A stretch of 64,000 bases of DNA from NCBI GenBank assembly GCA_947177775.1, contig CAMWVS010000007.1:4558-68557 (forward strand), in the 5' to 3' direction. Positions 10,434-19,896 of the stretch are shown here, one piece after another; the first letter of the stretch is position 1, and the number at the start of each line of letters is the position of its first letter. This stretch comes from an uncultured Prevotella sp. (GTDB lineage: Bacteria > Bacteroidota > Bacteroidia > Bacteroidales > Bacteroidaceae). The translations under genes were made by a program, and so were the position numbers. Under the pieces are notes generated by a model. That model was given only the letters and a program-made list of their open reading frames with translations. It was not told the DNA's origin and made no database searches.

Positions 10434-11159
10434 ATGGCAACAACAGAAATAATAACAGGCCAGTACGTACATATCACACAGACCCCGGCAGGCGTGGCCG
10501 ACCGCGTCATCGGGCGTATGATAGACATGTTCGTGATATTTCTTTATGTCTTTTCGGTGATTTTCGTCTTCTACCGGTGGCTGGACGGGCTGCCGGACGC
10601 CCTTCTCGTGACGCTTTGGATTGGCTTGCTACTGCCCGCAGTCTTCTACACATTCCTTCTCGAGACCTTCTTTCACGGCCAAACGGCCGGCAAGCGCATA
10701 ATGAAGACGCGTGTTGTCCGGGCTGACGGTTCCATGCCTGGTATCGGCGATTTCTTTATGCGGTGGATACTGCTGCTTGTCGATCTGCACGTCAGCTGTA
10801 TCGGCATCATCTTTATTATCTGTACGGCCCGCAACCAGCGGCTCGGCGACATGGCAGCCGGAACGATGGTCGTGAAGTCGGAGGGATATAAGAAACTGAG
10901 TGTCTCACTTGATGAGTTCGACTATGCACGCCGCGATTACCGTCCTGTCTATCCCGAGGCGGCACAGCTTTCACTCGGTCAGGTGGACGTCATACGCAAG
11001 ACGCTCTATGGTCCCGGCCGCTACGACGAGAATCAGGCTGCACATCTTGCAGCCAAGGTCCAGGCTGTTCTGAACATTAGGAAGAAAGAGACTGACGACT
11101 ACGCTTTTTTGGAGACGCTCCTGCATGATTATCATCACTATGCGCTGGAGTTGGTGTAG
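10434..11159 (+). CDS. RDD family protein
   Basis: R...R.ID, GQTAGKRIMKTRVV, QRLGDMAAGT motifs. Confidence 0.9.
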   Translation: MATTEIITGQYVHITQTPAGVADRVIGRMIDMFVIFLYVFSVIFVFYRWLDGLPDALLVTLWIGLLLPAVFYTFLLETFFHGQTAGKRIMKTRVVRADGSMPGIGDFFMRWILLLVDLHVSCIGIIFIICTARNQRLGDMAAGTMVVKSEGYKKLSVSLDEFDYARRDYRPVYPEAAQLSLGQVDVIRKTLYGPGRYDENQAAHLAAKVQAVLNIRKKETDDYAFLETLLHDYHHYALELV

Positions 11160-11378
11160 AGGCACACGGGAAAGAAGACCACCGGCCCCACCCCGGCCCT
11201 CTCTTTTTTTGGGGAAAAGAGCGCCTGCTTTACAAGCACCCCGCCCCCTCCGGAAACCGGCCGTATTTGTAGTAGACATCCAGTGGCAGTAGTATGACGT
11301 TTTCGCGCCTTCACGTTAAAGAAACGATGCCTTCACGTTGAGGTCCATGCGTTTTAGCGTTGAAAACGAACTGTTAAA

Positions 11379-11760
11379 AACTCGGAATTAAGCGGACAAA
11401 TGCCTCAAAATCCTTGCAATATTCTGAAATTATTTTCCCGCGGCCCGAAATTCGCGAGTTTTGCGCGTGCATATTTTATCGCCTGAGAAACAGCGCGTTA
11501 CGACAAAAACTCCGAAAGTGTGCAAGTTTTTATTCACCTTTATTCTGCCGTAAGGGCCTTACGGCATTGCAACGGGGCCACCGTTGGAAGACAACGGGGC
11601 CACCGCTGTCATGCAAAAGCGGCCCCGTTGCAGAGTCGGGAAGGCCTTACGGCCCGGTGATTGACAAAAATCGGGATAACGACGGCGACAAAATGTCAAG
11701 ATTCCGGCGTCGGCGCTCTCTGGATTTAGAATTTTCAAGTGTTAAATTCCGTGATATTAT
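11379..11760 (+). repeat. Dispersed intergenic element, copy 1 (5 x 22-bp palindromic core at 11548-11657)
   Basis: 11407-11760 aligns without gaps to the reverse complement of 35238-35591; core units such as CCGTAAGGGCCTTACGG and CAACGGGGCCACCGTTG. Confidence 0.9.
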
Positions 11761-11777
11761 CTTTACTAACAAAGCAT

Positions 11778-11860
11778 ATCATACCTCTTCATCCATCACT
11801 CTGAACTCTGACTCATCCATCACTCTGAGCTCTGACTCATCCATCACTCCGGACTCTGAC
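11778..11860. repeat. 3 x 24-bp tandem repeat overlapping the panE stop; ATCATACCTCTT-family repeat
   Basis: TCATCCATCACTCTGAACTCTGAC-like units at 11789, 11813, 11837; 30/32 match to reverse complement of 63969-64000. Confidence 0.85.
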
Positions 11861-12758
11861 CCGACCTAAACCTCAGCTCCGCCTCCAGCATGCTCAGCCG
11901 CGGCATCTCAAACCCAATGCGCCGGGCCTCGGCTATCGGCCGCGTATAGAGATATTCGATTTCCATCGGACGGCGGTTGTCGTAGTCAAGCTTCATTGAC
12001 GGCGAATAGGACGGCATAGAGAGCGTGTTGCGTATCATCTTGTCCGCAAAAGCCTCGGTAACACCGCCGACACCGAGAGCTCCGGCTGCACCGACAACCT
12101 CCATCATCATCTCCCTCACGAGCGCCATCGTCGACGGGCAGGCCAAAAGGCGGTCCGTCTGAGTGTCGAGAGCTACGGTGAGACCGTTGAAAGGCATGTT
12201 CCAGACGGCTTTCTTCCATCTGGCCTCTTCATATTCCACCTCGGCCGCACCGACTCCCGCCCCTCTGAAATCCTCCACAACGGCACTGACGAGCGACGTT
12301 TCCGGGCAGGAATAGTTTCCGATATTGATGTTGCCGTAAAACTGGTGGACGATATGCCCCGGTCCGGTCTTCGCCGAACAGATGAAGGCGAGACCCGCCG
12401 CAAGCCAAAGGCCCGGCATGCGGGCCTGAAGGTCAGCCTCAAGTCCTATGCCGTTCTGGATGAGCACGACGAGCGTGCGGCTGTGAAGCAGAGGCCGGAG
12501 AAGTTCGGGGAGCAGGCTGTTGTTGACCGATTTCAGACCGACCAGCACCACGTCACACAGGGGCATGTCCGCCGGAGAGGCGTAGGCGTTGACCTGCTCC
12601 AGAAGGAAATCACCGTCGCAGGAGTCCACGCGCAGTCCTGAAGCACAGACGTGGTCGTAGTCGCTGTGAAGAAGAAAATGGACGTCATGGCCCGCGCGGG
12701 CCAGCTTCGCACCGTAGTAGCCGCCTATGGCACCGGTGCCTATAATACCGTATTTCAT
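11844..12758 (-). CDS. panE: 2-dehydropantoate 2-reductase
   Basis: GTGAIGGYYG, QNGIG, WKKAVWNMPFN, SMKLD...RPMEIE. Confidence 0.88.
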   Translation of the reverse strand: MKYGIIGTGAIGGYYGAKLARAGHDVHFLLHSDYDHVCASGLRVDSCDGDFLLEQVNAYASPADMPLCDVVLVGLKSVNNSLLPELLRPLLHSRTLVVLIQNGIGLEADLQARMPGLWLAAGLAFICSAKTGPGHIVHQFYGNINIGNYSCPETSLVSAVVEDFRGAGVGAAEVEYEEARWKKAVWNMPFNGLTVALDTQTDRLLACPSTMALVREMMMEVVGAAGALGVGGVTEAFADKMIRNTLSMPSYSPSMKLDYDNRRPMEIEYLYTRPIAEARRIGFEMPRLSMLEAELRFRSGQSPE

Positions 12759-12887
12759 AATTTTCTCTGTCTTGTGTGTCATCTTAACATTTCAGAATAT
12801 CATGCAAATGTAGCGATTTTTATCCTTACCGGCCGTAAATTCGAAATAAAAGCGTAACTTTGCAGGGTTATTTTATATGCGTTAACT

Positions 12888-14828
12888 GTGGAACAAAGCA
12901 AATCAGGCCTGCTTGGCCATATAAAGTATCCCGACGATCTGCGTCGACTCAAAGTCGACCAGCTGCCACAGGTGTGCCGCGAACTGCGCGAAGACATCGT
13001 TGAGGAACTGTCGGTAAACCCCGGCCATCTGGCTTCGAGCCTCGGCGTGGCTGAAATAACTGTAGCCTTACATTACGTGTATGACACGCCCTACGACCGC
13101 ATCGTATGGGACGTAGGACATCAGGCCTACGGTCATAAAATCCTGACGGGACGCCGCGAGCACTTCTGCACAAACCGGAAACTCCACGGCATCATGCCAT
13201 TCCCCTCGCCCACCGAAAGCGAATATGACTCGTTTGTCTGCGGACATGCCAGCAATTCCATTTCAGCCGCACTGGGAATGGCCGTGGCGGAGAAGAGGTT
13301 TGCGGAGAGTGAGGAGTCTTCAAAATCCAAACGCCACATAGTCGCTGTCATCGGCGACGGCGCCATGAGCGGCGGACTGGCTTTCGAAGGACTGAACAAC
13401 GCCTCATCCACACCAAACGACATGCTCATAATCCTCAATGACAACAACATGAGCATCGACCGAAGCGTTGGCGGAATGAAGCAATATCTCCTGGAGCTGA
13501 ACACAAACGAGACATACAACGCTCTGCGTTTCCGCGCCAGCAACTGGCTGCGCTCGAAAGGCTATCTCGCCGACGACCGCCGCAACGGACTCATCCGGCT
13601 CGGCAACGCCCTGAAATCGGCCATCAGCCACCAGCAGAACATCTTCGAAGGACTCAACATCCGCTATTTCGGTCCGTTCGACGGACATAACGTCAAGGAA
13701 CTCGTGCGTATCCTGCGGCAGCTGAAGGACATGAAAGGACCGAAGCTGCTCCACCTCCACACGACAAAGGGAAAGGGATTCGGACCGGCCGAAAAGGCTG
13801 CCACGATATGGCACGCGCCGGGAAAGTTCGACCCCGCCACGGGCGAACGCATCAAGAGCGAGAAGCCGGGCATGCCCCCGAAATATCAGGATGTCTTCGG
13901 TCACACACTCCTCGAACTTGCCCGCCAGAATCCGCGCATCGTCGGAGTTACCCCCGCCATGCCTACGGGATGCTCAATGAACATCATGATGGAAGCCATG
14001 CCCGACCGTACGTTCGATGTAGGCATAGCCGAGGGCCACGCCGTGACCTTCTCAGGAGGCATGGCAAAGGAAGGACTGCAGCCATTCTGCAATATCTACA
14101 GCGCCTTTGCACAGCGCGCCTACGACAATATCATACATGATGTGGCCATCCTCCGGCTGCCCGTTGTCATCTGTCTTGACCGTGCCGGACTGGTCGGCGA
14201 AGACGGAGCGACCCATCACGGCGCCTTCGACATGGCCGCCCTGCGCCCCATACCCAACCTCACCATCGCATCGCCGATGGACGAACATGAGCTGAGACGC
14301 ATGATGTTCACAGCCCAGCTGCCCGACAAGGGAACGTTCGTCATCCGCTATCCGCGCGGCCACGGCGTGATCCGCGACTGGCAGTGTCCGCTCGAAGAGA
14401 TTGCCGTTGGAACGGGACGACGCCTGAAAGACGGAAATTCCATGGCCGTGATGACCATAGGCCCGATTGGAAACACTGCCGCCGAAGCCATAGCCGAAGT
14501 AGAACGGGAGCATCCTGAAATACAGGTGGCACATTACGACATGAGATTCCTGAAACCATTGGACGAAAATATCCTTGCCGAAGCAGCACGGCGGTTCGAC
14601 CGTATAGTCACCGTCGAAGACGGAGCGCGCAACGGCGGTTTCGGCTCTGCCGTACTCGAATGGATGGCCGACAACGGCCATGCGCCGCGAATGACACGCC
14701 TCGGCATGCCCGACAACTTCATTGAACACGGCACGGTGGCCCAGTTGCAGCATATCGTAGGCATAGACAAAGAGGCGATTATGGCGGCTATCATGGACAG
14801 CAAGACTCCAACAAAACAAGATATATGA
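12888..14828 (+). CDS. dxs: 1-deoxy-D-xylulose-5-phosphate synthase
   Basis: [44 protein letters not shown]; TAACTTTG at 12855-12862 upstream. Confidence 0.96.
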   Translation: MEQSKSGLLGHIKYPDDLRRLKVDQLPQVCRELREDIVEELSVNPGHLASSLGVAEITVALHYVYDTPYDRIVWDVGHQAYGHKILTGRREHFCTNRKLHGIMPFPSPTESEYDSFVCGHASNSISAALGMAVAEKRFAESEESSKSKRHIVAVIGDGAMSGGLAFEGLNNASSTPNDMLIILNDNNMSIDRSVGGMKQYLLELNTNETYNALRFRASNWLRSKGYLADDRRNGLIRLGNALKSAISHQQNIFEGLNIRYFGPFDGHNVKELVRILRQLKDMKGPKLLHLHTTKGKGFGPAEKAATIWHAPGKFDPATGERIKSEKPGMPPKYQDVFGHTLLELARQNPRIVGVTPAMPTGCSMNIMMEAMPDRTFDVGIAEGHAVTFSGGMAKEGLQPFCNIYSAFAQRAYDNIIHDVAILRLPVVICLDRAGLVGEDGATHHGAFDMAALRPIPNLTIASPMDEHELRRMMFTAQLPDKGTFVIRYPRGHGVIRDWQCPLEEIAVGTGRRLKDGNSMAVMTIGPIGNTAAEAIAEVEREHPEIQVAHYDMRFLKPLDENILAEAARRFDRIVTVEDGARNGGFGSAVLEWMADNGHAPRMTRLGMPDNFIEHGTVAQLQHIVGIDKEAIMAAIMDSKTPTKQDI

Positions 14829-16183
14829 AGATTATCATAGCCGGTGCCGGCGCAGTAGGCACACACTTGGCCAAGCTCCTCTCACGCGACAATCAGGATT
14901 GCACACTGATTGACGAGGACGACGAACGGCTGGCCGGACTTGACGGCGAATACGACATAATGACCGTTTTGGACTCACCGACCAGCATCCGCGCCCTCAA
15001 CGAAGCCGGAGCACAGAACGCCGATCTATTTGTCGGAGTCACACCGGACGAGAGCCGCAACATGAACGCGTGTATGATAGCCCATGCCATGGGTGCAAAA
15101 AAAACCGTGGCACGCATTGACAACTACGAATATCTCTCTCCGAATTTCAATTCTTTCTTCAAGAATATGGGCATTGACTCGCTCATCTATCCCGAAGTCC
15201 TGGCCGCACGCGACATCAACAACTGTCTCAGCCTGAGCTGGGCGCGCCAGCAATGGGACGTTTTCGGCGGCACACTGGTGCTCCTCGGCATCAAGCTCTA
15301 CGCCACATGCGAGATTCTCAACCAGCCGCTGCGAACGCTGTGCGGACCAGACGATCCCTATCTCGTGGTGGCGATCAAGCGCGGAACGGACACGATCATC
15401 CCCGGAGGTAACGACGAACTGCATGAACGGGACATGGTTTTCTTCATGACCAAACGAGAGGATGTTCCCTACATACGCCACATCGTCGGCAAGGACCACT
15501 ACCCGGACGTGCGCCACGTCATCATCATGGGAGGCAGCAAGACTGCCGTCAGAGCCTCACTGACATCGCCGGACAACATGAAGATAAAAATAATTGAGCG
15601 CAGCGAGGGACGCTGCGAACGCCTCAACCAGCTGCTCGGAGAGACCGACACCATGGTCATTCACGGCGACGGACGCGACATAGGACTTCTCGAAGAGGAA
15701 GGAATAAAGAACACCCAGGCTTTCGTCGCACTGACGGAACACGCCGAGACCAACATCCTCGCCTGTCTGACGGCCAAGCGCCTGGGCGTCAGAAAGACCA
15801 TAGCGATGGTCGAGAACCTCGACTACGTGAAAATGGCGGAGGAACTCGACATAGGAACCATCATCAACAAGAAGACCATTGCGGCCAGCCATATCTATCA
15901 GATGATGCTCGACGCCAAGGTGAGCAACATGCGATCGCTGATGATGGTAGACTCGGAAGTGGCCGAATTCACCGCAGCCCAAGGCTCACCGGTCACCAGA
16001 AAACCCGTAAAAGCACTTGGCCTGCCGTTCGGAGTGACCATCGGCGGCCTGGCACGCAACGGAAAAGGCATGCTTGTCAACGGTAATTCGCAGATTGAAG
16101 CGGGCGATTCCGTGATGGTGTTCTGCCACGAACAGAACATGAAAAAGATAGAAAAGTACTTCAAATCCGCCTCAATATGGTGA
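14825..16183 (+). CDS. trkA: Trk potassium uptake NAD-binding subunit
   Basis: Two RCK_N/RCK_C pairs, [10 protein letters not shown]; ATGA overlap with dxs. Confidence 0.93.
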   Translation: MKIIIAGAGAVGTHLAKLLSRDNQDCTLIDEDDERLAGLDGEYDIMTVLDSPTSIRALNEAGAQNADLFVGVTPDESRNMNACMIAHAMGAKKTVARIDNYEYLSPNFNSFFKNMGIDSLIYPEVLAARDINNCLSLSWARQQWDVFGGTLVLLGIKLYATCEILNQPLRTLCGPDDPYLVVAIKRGTDTIIPGGNDELHERDMVFFMTKREDVPYIRHIVGKDHYPDVRHVIIMGGSKTAVRASLTSPDNMKIKIIERSEGRCERLNQLLGETDTMVIHGDGRDIGLLEEEGIKNTQAFVALTEHAETNILACLTAKRLGVRKTIAMVENLDYVKMAEELDIGTIINKKTIAASHIYQMMLDAKVSNMRSLMMVDSEVAEFTAAQGSPVTRKPVKALGLPFGVTIGGLARNGKGMLVNGNSQIEAGDSVMVFCHEQNMKKIEKYFKSASIW

Positions 16184-17634
16184 ACTTCAGGATTGTTTCC
16201 AAAATCATAGGACAGCTCCTTTTCCTTGAAGTAGCGTTCATGTTGTGCTGCTTTCTGATGGCCCTGTACTATGATGAAGACGACGTCATGGCTTTCATAA
16301 TATCCATGATAGCCACCTTCGGGGCAGGACTTGTCTTCAAATACTTCGGCCGTGACGCCTCCAACAACATGAGCCGGCGCGACGCCTACCTCGTAGTGAC
16401 GTCCACATGGCTCATCTTCAGCGTCTTCGGCATGCTGCCCTACATCGTCGGCGGATACATAACCCATCTTCCTGACGCCTACTTCGAGACCATGTCAGGT
16501 TTCACGACTACCGGGGCCACCATTCTCGACAGTGTCGAAGAGCTGCCCCACGGGATTCTTTTCTGGCGCTCGCTGACCCAATGGATAGGCGGCCTGGGAA
16601 TCGTTTTTTTCACCATAGCCATCCTTCCGTCGATGGTCGGAGGCAACGTGAAAGTCTTTGCGGCCGAAGCCACCGGCCCCATCAGGTCGAAGATGCACCC
16701 TCGTCTGAGCACAAGCGCGAAGTGGATATGGTCCATTTACCTCGGACTGACAGTGGCCTGCATACTCTCTTTCTGGGTGGCTGGAATGAGTCTGTTCGAC
16801 AGCGTCAACTATTCGATGTCCACGACAGCCACAGGCGGCTTCTCAACCCACAACGACAGCACGGAATATTTCCGCTCGCCAGCCATAGAATACGCCGGAA
16901 TAGTTTTCCAGTTCCTTTCCGGAATCAACTTCACGCTGCTCTACATGGCGACTTTCAAGGGCAAACTGCGAAACATGCTGTCCAATTCCGAATTCAGGCT
17001 GTACCTCGCCGTGGTCTCCATAGCGACGATATGGATAATGTATCTGCTCATCACCCGTCTTGACTACGACTTGGAACGCGCTTTCCGCAGCGCCCTTTTC
17101 CAGGTTGTTTCGTTCATAACGACAACAGGACTGTTCAACGACAACGCCGGCGCATGGCCTCACATAACGTGGGTTATCCTCGGTTCGTGTATGTTCATCG
17201 GGGCCTGCGCGGGTTCGACGAGCGGCGGATTCAAGTGCATCCGCGGTGTCATGGTTCTAAAGATTCTGCGCAACGAGTTCCGCCATCTTCTCCATCCGAA
17301 CGCCGTTCTGCCCGTCAAAGTCAACGGGCAAAGCGTCCCACAGTCGAAGATAGCCACGCTGCTGGCGTTCTTCTCGGCATACGTGCTGATGTGTCTGATT
17401 GCCGCCACGATCATGATTGCGGCCGGAGTGGACAATGTCAACGCCATCACAATCTCACTGAGCTGTATGAGCAACGTCGGTCCGACACTCGGAACGGAAA
17501 TCGGTCCGGTCATGTCGTGGAGCCAGTTGCCCGACATCGTGAAATGGATTTGCTCCCTGCTCATGCTCATGGGACGTCTGGAAATAATGTCGGTGCTGCT
17601 TCTCTTCACCCGCAGCTACTGGACGGAAAACTGA
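16177..17634 (+). CDS. trkH: Trk potassium uptake membrane subunit
   Basis: FETMSGFTTTGAT, QWIGGLGI, STTATGGFS, GACAGSTSGGFK, GRLE. Confidence 0.93.
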   Translation: MVNFRIVSKIIGQLLFLEVAFMLCCFLMALYYDEDDVMAFIISMIATFGAGLVFKYFGRDASNNMSRRDAYLVVTSTWLIFSVFGMLPYIVGGYITHLPDAYFETMSGFTTTGATILDSVEELPHGILFWRSLTQWIGGLGIVFFTIAILPSMVGGNVKVFAAEATGPIRSKMHPRLSTSAKWIWSIYLGLTVACILSFWVAGMSLFDSVNYSMSTTATGGFSTHNDSTEYFRSPAIEYAGIVFQFLSGINFTLLYMATFKGKLRNMLSNSEFRLYLAVVSIATIWIMYLLITRLDYDLERAFRSALFQVVSFITTTGLFNDNAGAWPHITWVILGSCMFIGACAGSTSGGFKCIRGVMVLKILRNEFRHLLHPNAVLPVKVNGQSVPQSKIATLLAFFSAYVLMCLIAATIMIAAGVDNVNAITISLSCMSNVGPTLGTEIGPVMSWSQLPDIVKWICSLLMLMGRLEIMSVLLLFTRSYWTEN

Positions 17635-17702
17635 TTTTAGTGTGTTTAACGAAGATAGAAGGATTTTTTTAAGGATATAAAAGGAGATTTTCAAGGAGAT
17701 AG

Positions 17703-17802
17703 AAGGAGCTAAAAGGAGAAAAAGGAAGATAAAGGACAATGGTCTTTATTCAAATGCCAAGACATACGTCCTTTATCTTCCTTTTTCTCCTTTTAGCTCC
17801 TT
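17703..17802. terminator. Perfect 35-bp inverted repeat between convergent genes
   Basis: AAGGAGCTAAAAGGAGAAAAAGGAAGATAAAGGAC (17703-17737) and exact reverse complement (17768-17802), 30-nt spacer. Confidence 0.8.
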
Positions 17803-17822
17803 AAAAATCTCTTTCTATCTCT

Positions 17823-18863
17823 TTAACTGTCTCCCTTTATATCCTTGTCCGTCCCTTTCTCCACGCCGGTGGCTCCGTCCAGCAGCCGGCTGACGTCCTC
17901 CTGAAGACGGACAAACTGCGGACAGTACATATATCCCGTGTTCTTCTTCAACATGGAGCGTATGTCGGCAATGCTGTTTTCGTAGCATGACATCTCGTTC
18001 CGCATCTGCGTGCGGTGGGCTGCCGTAGCGTATATTTCTCTTTCGCGCTCCTGCCGCAGACGGTTGCACACCTTGTTGAGTATCGGAACGACCACGGTGT
18101 CGAAGATGTGATGGCCTTGTATATAGAGATATGTGGTCTGCGGCGTCACGCCCAGCGCCGTGAGTTCGTCCTTCAGACTCAGATAGCCGGCCTTGGCTTT
18201 TGGGAAATGCTGCTGAAGTGCGTGAACCTTGCGCCCCACTTTGTGACGAAGATGATTGATTGATACCATCGGATTGTCAACATTGAAACCGCCCGGATCT
18301 ACAATGCGACAGAAGTCGGTGATGGAAAAATGGGGATAATTGCCCGTGCGGTATGCCCATACAGACCATACGAACAGCGGATAACAGGCTTCGGAGTACA
18401 ACCGGAAATATTCTTCAAAGTCGAAAATGGCGTGGTCATTGAGCGTAACCATCACGCAAACGTCATGGAGACTACGCGCATAACACTGGAAATTCTCTAT
18501 CGAATAGACATAGGTGTGGAACACGTAGGGGTTGGAAATGACCTTGCGCGACTGGTCCGTGCATCCCTGCAGCAGATAGTCGTAGTCGGCATCGACGCAG
18601 GCTATCATGTCACTGCCTGCTCCTGAGGCAATCAGACTCATAAGCACAGACTTCTTTCCACGCTGGAGCGTTCCCTTGGAAGGGAGCATGACTTCGAAAT
18701 AGCGTTCGGAGTTCTCATAGCGGCCCAGCACCGTGCGCCAGAAGAAAATGTCGTCATAGCTCTCCACGTATGCCGCAATGCGCCTCCGCGCTTTCTTTGA
18801 AGCCAACCGGTTGGCGGCTTCAAAATAACCGGATGTTATGTTGTCTTTAAGGCGATGGGACAT
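17823..18863 (-). CDS. DUF4435 TOPRIM-like nuclease (AriB-like)
   Basis: YVESYDD, CVDADYD, HTYVYSIENF, IQGH motifs; directly downstream of an ABC ATPase. Confidence 0.8.
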   Translation of the reverse strand: MSHRLKDNITSGYFEAANRLASKKARRRIAAYVESYDDIFFWRTVLGRYENSERYFEVMLPSKGTLQRGKKSVLMSLIASGAGSDMIACVDADYDYLLQGCTDQSRKVISNPYVFHTYVYSIENFQCYARSLHDVCVMVTLNDHAIFDFEEYFRLYSEACYPLFVWSVWAYRTGNYPHFSITDFCRIVDPGGFNVDNPMVSINHLRHKVGRKVHALQQHFPKAKAGYLSLKDELTALGVTPQTTYLYIQGHHIFDTVVVPILNKVCNRLRQEREREIYATAAHRTQMRNEMSCYENSIADIRSMLKKNTGYMYCPQFVRLQEDVSRLLDGATGVEKGTDKDIKGDS

Positions 18864-18876
18864 GGTTGTCGGTTTT

Positions 18877-18952
18877 TTAAGGAACTTAAGGTCATTAAGG
18901 AACTTAAGGTCATTAAGGACATTAAGGTCTTTAAGGACTTTAAAGACCTTAA
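18877..18952. repeat. 8 x 9-bp tandem repeat (mostly TTAAGGNNN) ending in a hairpin
   Basis: ttaaggaac/ttaaggtca/... units; 18922-18934 is the reverse complement of 18940-18952. Confidence 0.9.
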
Positions 18953-18959
18953 TTTTATT

Positions 18960-19778
18960 CTAACCCACCGTAATGTCGCTGACCTCCGTCACCCTGTCCA
19001 TCCATCCGTTCATTATCACGGCCGGAGAATGGGTAGTGAGGATAATCTGGACATTGGGATTCAGTTCGACAATAAGGTCGATTAGCTGTTTCTGCCAGTC
19101 GATATGCAGGCTGACTTCCGGCTCGTCCATGAAAAGGACATAGTGCTGGCCGTCCTCGATGAGCACCGTGAGCAGTATGGCGAGCATCTGTTTCTCGCCG
19201 CTGGACAGCTGATAAGGCAGAAGTTCCTCGCCAATCTGGGTGAACGCAATCTCGTTTTTCGACCGTATCAGCCGCTTGCCCGTAGCCGCAAAGAGCCGGT
19301 CGATCATGTCCTGGAACTTCCGTTTGGGCTCCGACAGTTGCTGCGCCCGCTGCGCGCTGTCCGCTTCGCCGCTCTGCAGCGCCTCGATTATGCGGTTTCC
19401 GATGTTCACCTGATAGTCCAGATATTTCCTCTGGAGCTGATACAGCTGCCAGTCAAGCTCCGTGACTACTGATGCGTCGACCATCTTGTTCATCACCTCG
19501 CCCGACATCAGAGGCCGGTCGAAGCTCCTGATGACGTCATAGCGAATCCACTTGGCATCAGCCGGGTCGACGCCCAGGCGCACGCCCTTCAGCAGATGGC
19601 TCGGAAACTCACCTCCCGAGAGCAGCCCGCGCACGACCTTGTTCAGTATCGTACTCTTTCCCACACCGTTGATACCGCTCAGGATATTGACCTTCGGGTC
19701 CAGTGTCCACTTGATGTGTTTCATGCCGCTCCAAAGAGAATCAATCTCTATTTCGGTTATATAGTCTGCATATTTCAT
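18960..19778 (-). CDS. ABC/AAA_21-type ATPase (AriA-like)
   Basis: Walker A GINGVGKST, signature LSSGEKQ, Walker B FMDEPE, H-loop TTHSP; no TM; minus-strand TATATTTG at 19811-19818. Confidence 0.85.
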   Translation of the reverse strand: MKYADYITEIEIDSLWSGMKHIKWTLDPKVNILSGINGVGKSTILNKVVRGLLSGGEFPSHLLKGVRLGVDPADAKWIRYDVIRSFDRPLMSGEVMNKMVDASVVTELDWQLYQLQRKYLDYQVNIGNRIIEALQSGEADSAQRAQQLSEPKRKFQDMIDRLFAATGKRLIRSKNEIAFTQIGEELLPYQLSSGEKQMLAILLTVLIEDGQHYVLFMDEPEVSLHIDWQKQLIDLIVELNPNVQIILTTHSPAVIMNGWMDRVTEVSDITVG

Positions 19779-19896
19779 AAGCACGCTATTGATTTATGTT
19801 TCTCCGTCAGCAAATATACGCATTTAATGGCACAAAACCTTGTCAGCGATACTTAATTTTTTGTAATTTTGCAGCCCGTTATAACAACTATATATA

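Noticed and set aside
9362-10528. Extended 388-aa start for SpoIIM, and a sporulation role
   Set aside because: The extension overlaps RDD and the promoter boxes; the family name is historical and Bacteroidota do not sporulate
11548-11657. Possible CRISPR array
   Set aside because: Spacers are only 5 bp, repeats are degenerate and no cas genes are present
11414-11869. 151-aa ORF with similar peptides at 35387-35623 and 49927-50334 (..FCRKGLT.LQRG..)
   Set aside because: Similarity is explained by the DNA repeat; starts and stops differ between copies, copy 2 stops inside the core, and the 22-bp unit is not a multiple of three
18855-19085. 76-aa ORF with KELKVIK repeats
   Set aside because: Translation of the 9-bp DNA repeat, antisense to the real genes
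19828-19845. Sigma54-like TGGCAC motif upstream of EamA
   Set aside because: Spacing to TTG is off by one and a canonical TAATTTTG box is present
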